A stretch of 64,000 nucleotides of DNA from Octopus bimaculoides (GCF_001194135.2 NC_069006.1:4574837-4638836), one strand, 5' to 3'; counted from the first letter of the stretch, positions 1-12,860 are shown. Program-made: numbers and translations. Notes: generated from the sequence alone by a model not told the origin.

Positions 1-270
1 AACCATCCTAAGTAGAGCTTGAACTCAAACACCAGCTTAATAACAAAGCTATTTTATCTAAATTCCTTCATTATTTTCAAATTAATTGAAACAAAGACAG
101 TGCATTTAAATAGAAATATGGTAACAGAAAGGTTAAAGTGATCTGAATTAAATTAACATGAAATTTTGATGGACGGGCTTTATGTTCCAAACACCAGCTT
201 AATAATGACAAAAATTTTACTAAATTTTTCATTATTTTACAAAATTAATTGAAACAAAGATAGTATAGGG
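1..270 (+). mobile_element. TTAA-MITE family E fragments (tandem ~160-bp right-end units)
   Basis: Same unit (aaaccttccatcaaaatttc...ggtaacaaaagggttaa) as at 8228-8712, 19196-19500 and 33704-34092. Confidence 0.7.
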
Positions 271-1172
271 AGGGTTATTACGCCAATATTTGTTACACAC
301 ACACACTGGTTCAATTCCACTTCTTTATTATTAGTCAGTTCATTAAATATCTCTCCAACTAAGCAATTGATAAAGAATCTTGTAAACCAAATGCAAAAAC
401 AGAAAAGAAACCATTTAAGATAAAGCCATCCTAGATCAGAATGAGACAATTGGGCACAGATGTTTGGTCACTGGCAATTTGGCATGGCTGAGTTGGACAT
501 TCAGTTTTTTTGTTTTTTTTTTGGCGACAGTACTTTTTGGTACTGGATGCAAATGCACTCGTTCATACACATGCTGAAATATACACATACTGAGAGAGAG
601 AGAGAGAGAAAGAGAGAGAGTACAATTTATTAACTGAGGAGGAGTGACATATAAACACTTTCCCTCTTCTCATACACATTGTTTTGATGTGGGTATACAT
701 GTCTGGTGTAAAATGGTATTATACAAATAAATAGTTGGTTATGGTTATCTGAAAATAACCTATCTGTTAACACAGAATGCACTCCGTCCTACTCAAATGC
801 AAGTATGATACTCAATATTCACCGTTCACCTACTGACCAAGGGCGGACTGAGAGTATTAAGGGCCCTCGGACATAACTGTTCACCGGGCCCCTTTGATTG
901 TGTGTTTTAGTAGAGTTAACATGTAGAGTGTGGGCCCCTCAGAGCTCATGGCCCCTGCTACCGACTGTTAAACCAACACACATTGAACTAACATGGTTAA
1001 CCAACACAGTTGAACTAACACCGTCAACTACGCCCTGACAGTTCACTCAGTTCTTATTTATTGTAATCGGTTAGTCCACCTTCAGTCATGCGGGGGTGTT
1101 CAGGATTCTTCCATAACACACATGAAGAGAAATATACTGACATTCACACAAACAGAGAGAGAGAGAGATTAA

Positions 1173-1388
1173 CCCTTTAGTATTCAGGTTTCTTTGTCCA
1201 TTGTATTGTTTATTTATTGATATTGCTTTGAATTAATCATGCATTATCTTGTTGCTTTGAGATTTCAATAATGTGACTGCTTTACTTTTAGAATGACATT
1301 GTAGGTCAGGTGTGAGAAACTAGATGAGTTTGAATATAAAACAGATAGAATATTAGATCTGGATATGACCAGTTTCAATGCTAAAGGG
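1173..1388. mobile_element. piggyBac-like MITE (family D)
   Basis: TTAA|CCCTTTAG...CTAAAGGG|TTAA: TIRs and TTAA target duplication; homologous copies at 5453 and 18968. Confidence 0.8.
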
Positions 1389-1611
1389 TTAAAATAAGAG
1401 AAATGTTTAAATGTTTGTTGTCACATAAATCAGCATTGATTCACTGATGCCAAATATGTCAAAATGGCTGCTCCAAAACATCTCACCCCCTGTCCTTGCT
1501 ACTCCAATAGCAAAAGCAAAATTTTACATTACAATATACAACATAGTATACGGCACTACAATGTAGTGGTGTACACCCTACAGCATATCACACTTGAGTC
1601 CTTATATAGCT

Positions 1612-2364
1612 CAGAGGTACTCAACCATTTTTTTATCTATGGACCCCTTTGATTACTAAATTATTCAGGTTGACCCCCTTAGCCATTCGACATTTAAAAA
1701 CTAGTTTTATAGAAACTTCATTAAAAACTCCTATTTTGTTCCCCACACATTCTCTTGTGCTGTTTGAATTTTGTAAAATGTTAGAGAAAGAAACCCAGCT
1801 GTTTCTTGCAATACAGACCAATACATACATCTAAAACAGGGGTTCTCAGCCATTTTTTTTACCCTTTGATTATTATTTTATTCTGGGGGACTCCCATTTG
1901 ATTAAAAAGTAGTTTTATAAAAACTTCTTTCTAAATTCCTTTCTTTTCCCGGCAACACATTAACTTATGGTAGGTTGAACTATGTAAAATGTTAGAGAAA
2001 GAAACCCAGCTGTTTCTTGCAATACAGACCAATACATACATCTAAAACAGGGGTTCTCAGCCATTTTTTTTACCCTTTGATTATTATTTTATTCTGGGGG
2101 ACTCCCATTTGATTAAAAAGTAGTTTTATAAAAACTTCTTTCTAAATTCCTTTCTTTTCCCGGCAACACATTAACTTGTGTAGGTTGAACTATGTAAAAT
2201 GTTAGAGAAAGAAATCTAGCTGTTTCTTGCAATACAGACCAATATATACATCTAAGGGAAACATTTTTCAGGGGCCCTTAAAATACTATTGTGGATCCCC
2301 AGTTTACTATTTTGTTGTGTAAACCCCTAAAAATCTTATATGGTCCCCCGGTTGAGAACCACTG
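1612..2364. mobile_element. hAT-like MITE with internal 211-bp tandem duplication
   Basis: CAGGGGTTCTCA ends at 1837 and 2048 (degenerate at 1612), right end GTTGAGAACCACTG at 2351-2364; 1772-1982 is nearly identical to 1983-2192. Confidence 0.65.
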
Positions 2365-2388
2365 ATATAGCTGTATGATACAAAATAA

Positions 2389-2523
<135 letters not shown>

Positions 2524-3267
2524 TAATTTTAATATTTCAGGTTGAAGTGATCTTACTCAGGTTTTCATTTATCAACTGTTGTATTACTTTTTAAACTTGT
2601 GCTCACAGACTGTGTTCTGCCTAACTATTATTGAATGATTGTATCAATGAGATTGGAAGAGATCTATTTTCTCTTGAGAAGGGATAGGACAGTAAAGAAA
2701 AAAAATGGTATATAATTAGGCATCGTTGTTATCTCTACAAATTCCTTCAATTTTCTGCAAATTTGGAGAGTGCTTTTTAGTATTTATTATTGGTCCCTAT
2801 AACATCTGTGTGTTTAGCAGGTGTTCTATCCTTGATGTGAGAGCAGTACTCCTTTGTGGGGGCCCACTTGAACTCTGGAGAGTGTTGGCAATTGTTGGGG
2901 CCGAAATATTTTCAAGCCCAGGAAAAAAAGGGCCAGTTTTAGCTATGTTGTTTTTTTACCAGGATCAATCTTCAGTGACAATTGGGCTAACCATTTTCAG
3001 CGATCACGGAGGTTCCACTTCAGTGCTGTTCATGTTTGTGGGGTGGAGCAGAGAGGAGGGGGGGAATCATCATCATCGTTTAACATCTACTTTCCATGCT
3101 AGCATGGGTTGGACGGGTGTTTTCTTGATTTGAGTAGTGCTTGACTTTTATTGCATTTAAAGGAGGCAAGATTGGCATATCTTCCCTCCCTGCCCTTGGA
3201 GGATACCTTTGAGGTGCCAAAATTTGAAAAAAATGATTATTATTATAACCATCTTGATTATTATTAA

Positions 3268-3490
3268 CCCTTTCATTACCGTATTTATTTTGAGATGCTC
3301 TTTTGTTTCTTTCAATTAATTTTAAATATAACAAAGAATTTAGTAAAATAACTTAGTCATCATTAAGCTAGTGTTAGGAACATAAATTGTGACTAAGGTT
3401 TGGTGGAAGATTTCAATTCAGAACTTTTGTAAACAAGACATTTGTACTACAGAGGCAGAAGTGGTTTCAGGCGGGTTGGTATCGAAAGGG
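3268..3490. mobile_element. piggyBac-like MITE
   Basis: TTAA|CCCTTTCATTACC...GGTATCGAAAGGG|TTAA. Confidence 0.8.
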
Positions 3491-3494
3491 TTAA

Positions 3495-3697
3495 GGCAGC
3501 GAGCTGCCAAAATCATTAACACATTGGGCAAAATGTTTAGCAGTTTAATGTTTTGAGTTCAATTTCCAACGAGGCCGACTTTGTCTTTCATCCATTCGAG
3601 GTCAATGAAATAAGTACCAGTTGAACACTGGGGTTGATGTAATTGACTAGCCTTCCACCCCAAAATTTCAGGCCTGGTACCTATTGTAGAAAGGATT
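3495..3697 (+). mobile_element. SINE family A (ggcggcgagctggcagaa head)
   Basis: Shared head, box-B-like gagttcaaattcc, conserved core gaggtcgactttgcctttcatcc...ataaaataagtaccag; more than 12 copies in window. Confidence 0.8.
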
Positions 3698-3747
3698 AGG
3701 ATTACTATTATTATTATTATTATCATCATTATTATTATTATTATTAT

Positions 3748-4076
3748 AGACGTTGCACAGTATACAATATCGTGATGTTGTTGATTGAAGATATTGTGTC
3801 TACCAGGTGGTTTGTACTGTTTGTCAAGTCACAAAGACCTCAGACTGACAGTACTTTACGCAATATGCATGCAGTTCCCAGTAATGACAATTTTTGCAAT
3901 ACACCTAGATTGTAGGGCATTTCTAAAGCTTCCAGATGTTTTTTCCTGATTGGGTGGTATTGAACCCAATGCTCCGATGACAATAAGGATAACCTTTATG
4001 TTCGACTCTCATAGCTACCACATCTTGGCGATCTTAATTCTCAGGTCTCCATGTTTATCAACCTTTTCTTTTTCTT

Positions 4077-4078
<2 letters not shown>
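3748..4078 (-). mobile_element. R4/Dong-like (RLE clade) non-LTR retrotransposon, 5'-truncated 3' end
   Basis: Minus strand reads KVDKHGDLRIKIAKMW*L*ESNIKVILIVIGALGSIPPN / KKHLEALEMPYNLGVLQKLSLLGTACILRKVLSV*, the C-terminus of RLE-type ORFs; (TAA)n on both sides. Confidence 0.8.
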
Positions 4079-4123
<45 letters not shown>

Positions 4124-4338
4124 GAGGTGGCGAGCTGGCAGAATCGTTAGCATGCTGGGCAAAATGCTTAGCAGCATTTCGTCCATCTCTACGTTCTGAG
4201 TTCAAATTCCGCTGAGATTGACTTTACCTTTCATCCTTTCAGGGTCGATAAAAAAAGTACCAGTGGAACACTGGGGTCGCTGTAACCAACTCATCCCCTC
4301 CCCCAAAATTGCTACCCTTGTGGCAAAATTTGAAACCA
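4124..4338 (+). mobile_element. SINE family A
   Basis: Full head and core, (ATT)n tail. Confidence 0.8.
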
Positions 4339-4371
4339 TTATTATTATTATTATCATTATTGTTGTTGTTG

Positions 4372-4420
<49 letters not shown>

Positions 4421-4440
4421 GTAAGGTGATGGGTTAGAAT

Positions 4441-4941
4441 TCTTGGTGAGACAAGATTACTAAAATCGATTACTAAAATCGATGAAGGTTTGGTGCATCA
4501 TATCTATGTCGTGTGAAAGGGGAAGTTTAGGGGAGAAGGAGGAGTTGTATCATCTGTGTAGGGGTGGGTGGTGTTGGATGGGTTGGCAAGTGAACCATTG
4601 CTGTACAGAAGGGGAAAAGAGTAAGGGACAAGACTGGACCCTAGGGCACATCAGAGTTAATGAAATAGCGAGACAGAAGGAGCTCTGTTAACATATGTTG
4701 AAATGGTGTGATCTGATAGGAAGTTATTGATCCAATTGATGGGATATGGTTGAGGCCCCTGGGTGGGAAATTTTGATGGAGGTTTGTTTACCAGCTTTGC
4801 AGATGTCTAAGGTGATGGCATTGGTTTCACTGAACTTCTCTTAGGTGAGAGGTCACAGGTGGGTGACATTCGAGAGTAGATCTCTAATGGATCCGGCTTT
4901 GTGGAAGCTATGCCGATGATCGTTAAAAGGGAGAGAGGAGG

Positions 4942-4974
<33 letters not shown>

Positions 4975-5340
4975 GGTGTTGGAAATATCATTATTAATGG
5001 CTGCCTTCCTTACTTTAGAATCACACTGATTGGCTACAGCTGGACACACCGTTCCCTGTCTTCTTCTCCCGTGTAATGCCCTTGGTCATCATCGACAATG
5101 ATGGACGAACTAGTAATAATAGAAATATTAGCAGTGAGAGCGACGGGGCAATAGTTGGCTAGCTGGAAGCAGGTTGGCATTGTTCGCCAAGGGACCTATT
5201 GTGCTGTGTTAACTAAAGACCAGAGTAGATTCTCATGGTGAGGGTTAGTAAATGTTAGAGAAAAAGTTAATATTAGAAGTCCAGGATGTTTCAAAGCTGT
5301 TTCTAAACTGCTTCCATAAAGTCTGATCAACAAGTAAGAG
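4441..5340 (-). pseudogene. Decayed LINE reverse transcriptase (jockey/CR1-group-like)
   Basis: Minus strand: HRHSFHKAGSIRDLL (QYGFR..RST), AITLDICKA (LDISKAFD), INWINNFLSD, INSDVP*GPVLS (GVPQGSVL), YTDDTT (YADD); stops, frameshifts and a (CA)n insertion. Confidence 0.8.
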
Positions 5341-5452
5341 ATAACGAAGCCAAACTACTCCACCACTTCTTTTATCAGTTTGTTAAATTGTGATGTTCTT
5401 TTAGCTATTGTTTTCTTTTTGAATACATCAAATACAGAGGGAGATAAATTAA

Positions 5453-6460
5453 CCCATTAGCATTCAGATTACTCTGTTAAATGTAGTCCTTATTTATTCC
5501 CAGTGCTTTGAATAAATCATGCATTATCTTGTAGCTTTGAGATTGTTTATTTTTAGAATGACATTGTAGGTTAGGTGAAAATGCCAGACCTGTCCCCTTT
5601 AAACACAAAACAGGTAGAATATTTAGGCCAGGTATCACCTTTGAGATTTCAATGATGTGATTGCTTATTTTTAGAATGACATTGTAGGTTAGGTGTAAAA
5701 TGCCAGACCTGTCCCCTTTGAACACAAAACAGGTAGAATATTTAGGCCAGATATCACCTTTGAGATTTCAATGATGTGATTGCTTATTTTTAGAATGACA
5801 TTGTAGGTTAGGTGTAAAATGCCAGACCTGTCCCCTTTGAACACAAAACAGGTAGANNNNNNNNNNNNNNNNNNNNNNNNNNNNNNNNNNNNNNNNNNNN
5901 NNNNNNNNNNNNNNNNNNNNNNNNNNNNNNNNNNNNNNNNNNNNNNNNNNNNNNNNNNNNNNNNNNNNNNNNNNNNNNNNNNNNNNNNNNNNNNNNNNNN
6001 NNNNNNNNNNNNNNNNNNNNNNNNNNNNNNNNNNNNNNNNNNNNNNNNNNNNNNNNNNNNNNNNNNNNNNNNNNNNNNNNNNNNNNNNNNNNNNNNNNNN
6101 NNNNNNNNNNNNNNNNNNNNNNNNGTATCACCTTTGAGATTTCAATGATGTGATTGCTTATTTTTAGAATGACATTGTAGGTTAGGTGTAAAATGCCAGA
6201 CCTGTCCCCTTTGAACACAAAACAGGTAGAATATTTAGGCCAGATATCACCTTTGAGATTTCAATGATGTGATTGCTTATTTTTAAAATGACATTGTAGG
6301 TTAGGTGTAAAATGCCAGACCTGTCCCCTTTGAACACAAAACAGGTAGAATATTTAGTCCAGGTATCACCTTTGAGATTTCAATGATGTGATTGCTTATT
6401 TTTAGAATAACATTGTAGGTTAGGTGTAAAATGCCAGACCTGTCCCCTTTATACATAAAA
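5453..6460 (+). repeat. 119-bp tandem array derived from the interior of TTAA-MITE family D
   Basis: ttgagatttc recurs at 5641, 5760 and 6134, 6253, 6372 (period 119); begins at MITE left end TTAA|CCCATTAGCATTCAG; gap 5857-6124 inside. Confidence 0.85.
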
Positions 6461-6884
6461 CTGGTAAGGACATCTAGGTCAGATGAAGGTGTAGCTCTCG
6501 GCTGTAACATTACTTATTAAAAAACAGGCCTTACCAAAGTGCTACAGCCTCAACTTTGCTACCATTTAACTGGAATTGAGCCATCTGATATGATCTATGT
6601 TTTTGTTCATTGTTTTTTTTTCTTCTGATGAAAAACTTCCCGTTGGGGCCCACTGGAAAATATGCTTTGGTTTTGCCGTATGTTTGGAATTTTTTGAGTG
6701 AAAAGTAGGTTAGAGTTATCAACTGTTTGCTGTGGTGTTTCCAAAGTGGGAGAAGGGCTGAGGCCTACATATTTTGTTGGTGTTTAAGTCACAGGCGACA
6801 GATAAGAATATAATCAGCTGTATCTTATCATAGCCTGTGCCCTTAATTTGTTGATATACACAGCCTGAAGTTCATAAAGAGTAG

Positions 6885-7205
6885 TGTGTGTGTGTATGTG
6901 TGTACATGTATATGCGTGTATGTGTACATGAATGTGTGTGTATGTATACATATATGTGTGTGAATGTATACATGTATGTGTGTGTATGTATACATGTATG
7001 TGTGTGTGTACATGTATGTGTGTATATGTGTACATGTATGTGCGTGTGTATACATGTATATGTGTGTATGTGTACATATATGTGTGTGTATGTATACATG
7101 TATGTGTGTGTATGTATACATGTATGTGTGTGTATGTATACATGTATGTGTGTGTATGTGTACATGAATGTGTGTGTATGTATACATGTATGTGTGTGTG
7201 TGTGT
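6885..7205. repeat. 22-bp (TG/TA)-derived minisatellite
   Basis: Unit tatgtatacatgtatgtgtgtg with variants. Confidence 0.8.
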
Positions 7206-7261
7206 ACATTCCAGCGCAGTCATATTTCTGCATACGTGAGGGAGGGAGACTGACATTGATT

Positions 7262-7471
7262 TCAAATTTTGGCACAAAGCCAGCAATTTTGGAGCCGAAA
7301 GTTAAGTCAATTACATTGACCCCAGTGCTCCACTGGTACTTATTTTTATCAACCCCAAAAGGACGAAAGGCAAAGTAGACCTTGGAGAAATTTGAACTTA
7401 GAATGTAAAGATGGATGAAATGCCGCTAAGCATTTTGCCAATTACACTAACGATTCTGCTAGCTCGCCGCC
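7262..7471 (-). mobile_element. SINE family A
   Basis: Reverse complement of the family A consensus. Confidence 0.75.
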
Positions 7472-7807
7472 TTAAAGAGAGACTGACATTGATAGGTAAC
7501 TAAGGGAAGTTTAGTAAATGTACACTATTACAAGATCTTCTCTAGATTGTCTGCTGACCAAACATCCGGCAGCAGCAGTACTGGGAACTCCTAGAATGTG
7601 TAAGCATTCAATACTTCCTTTAAAACCTATTTGATACTACCCCACCTGAGACCAGCCTTGGTTCTGTGATACAAAACGTCCTGTTTTAAAATTATCTAAA
7701 TTTAAACCTGCCATTAAAATTCTATGTTAATTTATGTTCTAAGCACTAAGTTAATAACGACAAAGATATTCTTCTAAATTCTTCCTTATTTTTTAAATAA
7801 TTTGAAG

Positions 7808-8200
7808 CAGGAGTGGCTGTGTGATAAGTAGCTTGCTTACCAACCACATGGTTCTGGGTTCAGTCCCACTGTGTGGCATCTTGGGCAAGTGTCTTCTACT
7901 ATAGCCTCGGGCCGACCAAAGCCTTGTGAGTGGATTTAGTAGATGGAAACTGAAAGAAACCCTTCGTATATATGTATATATATATGTGTGTTTGTGTGTC
8001 TGTGTTTGTTCCCCCCCCCCAACATTGCTTGGCAACCGATGCTGGTGTGTTTATGTCCCCGTAACTTAGCGGTTCGGCAAAAGAGACGGATAGAATAAGT
8101 ACTAGGCTTACAAAGAATAAGTCCCGGGGTCGATTTACTTGACTAAAGGTGGTGCTCCAGCATGGCTGCAGTCAAATGACTGAGACAAGTAAAAGAGTAA
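7808..8200 (+). mobile_element. SINE family B (CORE-like tggcaccttgggcaagtg), full length
   Basis: ggagtggctgtgtg head, ggttcagtcccact box B, internal (TA/TG)n, 3' part ending gactgaaacaagtaaaagagt; near-identical copies at 20185, 44722, 50680(-) and 57985. Confidence 0.85.
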
Positions 8201-8227
8201 AATAGTAAAGTCGTTGTATGTGAAAGT

Positions 8228-8712
8228 TACTTAAATTTAAACCTTCCATCGAAGTTTCGTATTAAATTTATGTTAAAAAAAACTAGCAAAATAATGACAG
8301 TTATTTTACTAAATTCTTCATTATTTTCAAAAGTAGTCAAAACAAAGGCAGTGTTTTTCGACAGAAATATGGTAAAAAAGGGTTAAAGTGATCTAGATTA
8401 AAACCTTCCATCAAAAGTTCGCATTAATTTATGATCCAAACACCAGTTTAATAATGACAATTATTTTACGAAATTCTTCGTTATTTTCAAAATAAATTGA
8501 AACAAGGGCAATTTATTTCAACAGAAAAGATGGTAACAAAAGGGTGAAAGGGATGTATGTTAAAGCCTATCAGAAACTTCCTGTTAACTCAGATTTTAAA
8601 TGCCAGTATAATAATGACAAAGTTATTTTACTAAATTCTTCATTATTTTCAAAAGAAACCGAAACAAAGGTAATGTAATGTATTTCAACAAAAATATGGC
8701 AACAAAAGGGTT
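8228..8712 (+). repeat. Tandem ~162-bp right-end units of TTAA-MITE family E
   Basis: Units end GGTAA.AAAAGGGT(T/G)AA at 8386 and 8548, partial third unit to 8712. Confidence 0.75.
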
Positions 8713-8909
8713 TGAAATAAGACAAAAAAATTTTGCACTTGTTGAATATTGCTGTTAAGAATCAATGTACCTAATCACCTCTCTCTCTCTCTCTCTCTCC
8801 CTCCCCCCTCCCCCCCAATCCCTAAATATTTAGAAATAGAATTCATTCATCCAAATATCAAAGAAGTATTTTATTCACTTTAAAAAAACATTTTTATTTC
8901 AATTGTTTT

Positions 8910-9464
8910 NNNNNNNNNNNNNNNNNNNNNNNNNNNNNNNNNNNNNNNNNNNNNNNNNNNNNNNNNNNNNNNNNNNNNNNNNNNNNNNNNNNNNNNNNNN
9001 NNNNNNNNNNNNNNNNNNNNNNNNNNNNNNNNNNNNNNNNNNNNNNNNNNNNNNNNNNNNNNNNNNNNNNNNNNNNNNNNNNNNNNNNNNNNNNNNNNNN
9101 NNNNNNNNNNNNNNNNNNNNNNNNNNNNNNNNNNNNNNNNNNNNNNNNNNNNNNNNNNNNNNNNNNNNNNNNNNNNNNNNNNNNNNNNNNNNNNNNNNNN
9201 NNNNNNNNNNNNNNNNNNNNNNNNNNNNNNNNNNNNNNNNNNNNNNNNNNNNNNNNNNNNNNNNNNNNNNNNNNNNNNNNNNNNNNNNNNNNNNNNNNNN
9301 NNNNNNNNNNNNNNNNNNNNNNNNNNNNNNNNNNNNNNNNNNNNNNNNNNNNNNNNNNNNNNNNNNNNNNNNNNNNNNNNNNNNNNNNNNNNNNNNNNNN
9401 NNNNNNNNNNNNNNNNNNNNNNNNNNNNNNNNNNNNNNNNNNNNNNNNNNNNNNNNNNNNNNNN
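8910..9464. other. Assembly gap in the ARF-like intron; candidate location of the missing switch I-II exon
   Basis: 555 N. Neighbouring exon phases (1 then 0) require an intervening exon of 3n+2 nt that is not visible in resolved sequence. Confidence 0.5.
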
Positions 9465-10491
9465 GACTCTGACTCCTCTACTATTGGCACCTCCGACTCA
9501 GACTCCTCTTTATGTAATTAAGTGATTGTGGTCTACATATCTCATAAAGCATATGCATACGCTTGCACTTTGAGTCGGCCCCTATCTTACAACTGGTTTA
9601 TATTAAAGAATAAAGATATTGTGAGTCGGAATCAGAGTCGGTATAGTTTTACTGACTCAGACTCCCCTTATATCTACATCTGCCAAAGACTACATATGCA
9701 TTTAAAGCAATAATTAAAAGCATGGCACAAGCTGCCAGGCCATGCTCGCTTGCATGTGATGGCTATATATCTTTTCTTTCCTTTGCTATTGCTCTGAGTG
9801 TTATGATGGTCACAGGGTTGTCTTCATGGAAGACTGGAAACAAACAACACTGCTTGTATGACAGTGACACTCATTTACAACAGCCGTACAATGTCAAGAG
9901 AAAGAAACACAGACACAAAGTTTGAAACAAGGCCAGTAATTTCAGAGAGGGGTTAAGTTAATTACACTTAACCCCAATGTTTAACTGGTACTTTATGTGT
10001 ACACAAAAATCATAAATTCTACTAAGAAAAAATTCTGTAAGAAATATAAAACTGCAACAGCAAAAAGAAAAGAAAAGAAATGGCTACCAGAGAAATATGC
10101 TGTCCAGACGTTTTTGGATTGTCGTCTCATTCAAATATTCATCATCATTTCTTGGACATTGTTGTCTCAAGTCCCAGGACTGATAGGATCCAGTTTCCTT
10201 GGTTTCCTTGCATCTAGATAACTGAGATCACAACACCCACCCCCATCCCACCCCCACCAAACAAGATACCAGTGCATCACAGAGTTTCTCATTTGCAGTC
10301 GAGTGAACTGGAACAACATGAACTGAAGTATTTTGCTCGAAAATATAAGGCACTACCTGGTCCAAGAATTGAAACCGCAATATGGCGATTGTGACTGTAG
10401 CTCCTTAAACCCCTAAGCCACACATTTTCCATTAATCCAAGGATCCAGTATTCATTCAAACAGTGGATCCTAACATTACTGCCTAACATCA

Positions 10492-10926
10492 AGGCGGCGA
10501 GCTGGCAGAACCGTTAGCAAAATGCTTAGTGGCATTTCATCTGTCTCCATGCTCTGAGTTCAAACTCCACTGAGGTCGACTTTGCCTTTCATTCTTTCGG
10601 GGGCTGATAAATTAAGTACCAGTGAAACACTGGGGCTGATGTAATCAACTAGCACCTTCCCCACAAATTTCAAGCCTTGTGCCTATAATAGAAAGGATTA
10701 TTATTTTTATTATTATTATTATTATTATTTTACTGTGCCGAACAAAAATGCTTAGCTGCATTTCACCTGTGTTTACGTTCTGAGTTCAAATTCTGCTGAG
10801 GTTGACTGTGCCTTTCATCATTTCGGGGTCGATAAATTGAGTACCAGTGAGACACTGGGGTCGATGTAATCAACTAGTCCCTTCCCCACAAATTTCAGGC
10901 CTTGTGCCTCCATTAGAAAGGATTAT
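10492..10926 (+). mobile_element. Two SINE family A copies separated by (ATT)n
   Basis: Full copy 10492-10700, head-truncated copy 10743-10926. Confidence 0.75.
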
Positions 10927-11629
10927 TGCCTAACTGCACAGTCCAGAACGATAATATGATATCCATTAATTCCTCTCGGGGCTTCATATAACTAAAATTA
11001 AAGATAAATTTTGGTTTTATAGAAAATATTTGCCCAAAATACTGTGCGGTAGGACTGAACCTGAAACCATGTGGTTGGGAAGCAGACTTCATACCACACA
11101 GCCAGGCCTTCTTCACATAGCAATTCATGTGTTGGTCCTAAATAATTAATGAAGTCCTTACCGAGTCCGTCATGTTCTTAATTACAAGATGGTGCAATGA
11201 CTGTTCTTTACTTAGTGTTGCCATCTTGTGTCTTTTACTTGTTTCATTCATTGCAGTGTGGCCATGCTGGAGCACCACCTTGAAGGGTGTTAGTTGAACA
11301 AATCAACCCCAGTAATTTATTACTTTTTTTTTTTTTAAAGTCTGGTATTTCTTCTATCAGTCTCTTTTGCTGAACTGCAACATCGGTTGTCAAATGGTGA
11401 TGAAAGACAAATACAACACAAAGACACACAAATACACACATACATACACACACACACACATTAACATCATATAAACACATTAACATCATATAAACACATA
11501 GAAACACACACACACAGACAAACACACATACACACTCACAAATACACACTCACACACACACACAAAAACAAACACAAACACACGCACGCATACATACACA
11601 CACAGAATCACATTAACATCATATAAACA

Positions 11630-11930
11630 CGAGCGAGTTCGTTGCCAGTACCGCTGGACTGGCTCCTGTGCAGGTGGCACGTAAAATACACCATTTCGAG
11701 CATGCCTGTTGCCAGTACCGCCTGACTGGCCTTCATGCCGGTGGCACGTAAAAGCACCCACTACACTCTCGGAGTGGTTGGCATTAGGAAGGGCATCCAG
11801 CTGTAGAAACTCTGCCAAATCAGATTGGAGCCTGGTGTAGCTATCTGGTTTCACCAGTCCTCAGTCAAATTGTCCAACCCATGCTAGCATGGAAAGCGGA
11901 CGTTAAACGATGATGATGATGATGATGATG
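11630..11930 (+). mobile_element. SINE family C ((GAT)n-tailed)
   Basis: ...ggcattaggaagggcatccagctgtagaaac...gcatggaaagcggacgttaaacgatgatg; copies at 28035, 34725, 37140, 43130, 50230, 61450(-) and 61960. Confidence 0.85.
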
Positions 11931-12259
11931 ACAAACACACACACACACAGACAAAGGCACACTCACAAACACACACACACACTCACAAACACACACAAGC
12001 ACACTCACAAACACACGCACACACACAAATATACACACAAACACATACACACTCACAAGCACACACACGAATACTCACCCTCCCATACACACAAACACAT
12101 ACACACAAACAAACAAATACACACACACACACACGCGCACACAAATACTCACCCCACCCCCACACCCACACACATATGTATAGGCATCCTCTTCAGTCTG
12201 TTTGCATAAAGTCCATTCACATTAGTGTTTTACATTTGATTGTCTCTTCCTCAATACAG

Positions 12260-12497
12260 CGACCGTTATTCCGGCATTACTACAAAGGTACTGATGCTGT
12301 GGTGTTCGTGATAGACAGCGCCGACAGAGAAAGGCTCGACGAGCTGAGCTTCGATGTGATCCGACCAGCATTCTTGGCTGAGGAACTCTCCTCGGCTGTC
12401 TTCCTCTTCTTAGCAAACAAACAAGATCTGCCAGAAGCAATGACAGTCGAAGAAATCACAGACAAACTCTCGTTGAAGAATTTAAAACATGTTTGGA
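12260..12497 (+). CDS. ARF-family small GTPase, internal exon (switch II to G4)
   Basis: Acceptor tcaatacag| at 12259 (phase 0), donor TGG A|gtaagt (phase 1). Translates RPLFRHYYKGTDAVVFVIDSADRERLDELSFDVIRPAFLAEELSSAVFLFLANKQDLPEAMTVEEITDKLSLKNLKHVW, containing RHY, IDSxD and NKQD motifs of ARF/ARL proteins. Confidence 0.95.
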
Positions 12498-12519
12498 GTA
12501 AGTACCATGTTTCTTTCTG

Positions 12520-12823
12520 GCTCTGTGTGTGTGTGTGTGTATACTTGTGTGTGTACATGTTTGTGTCTGTTTGTATATTTGTGTGTGTGAGTTTGTGTAC
12601 TTTGTGTGTGTTTGCGTATGTATGTGTATGTGTGTGCATTTGTGTAAATGCCTGTGTATGTATAAAGGGAGTATTTGTGCGTGTGTCTGTGTGTGTATGT
12701 ATATATATATATATATACACTTGTGTGTGTACATGTGTTTGTGTCTGTATACTTGTGTGTATCTGTGTATGTGTGTTTGTATACTTGCGTATGTATGTGT
12801 ATGCATATGTGTTTGTGTGTCCA

Positions 12824-12860
<37 letters not shown>

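Noticed and set aside
2550-2640. cag|GTTTTCATTTATCAACTGTT reading GFHLSTV, resembling GFNVETV
   Set aside because: No WDxGG follows, and the frame closes without a suitable donor.
3807-3900. + strand HKDLRLTV resembling the ARF YKNxxFTV segment
   Set aside because: It is the antisense of the R4/Dong-like LINE end and lacks the G3 motif.
6620-6670. CTGATGA...GAAA in the ARF-like intron
   Set aside because: Stems I-III do not pair.
9465-9665. GACTC(C/A)GACTC repeats in both orientations
   Set aside because: Probably a MITE end beside a gap; boundaries cannot be established.
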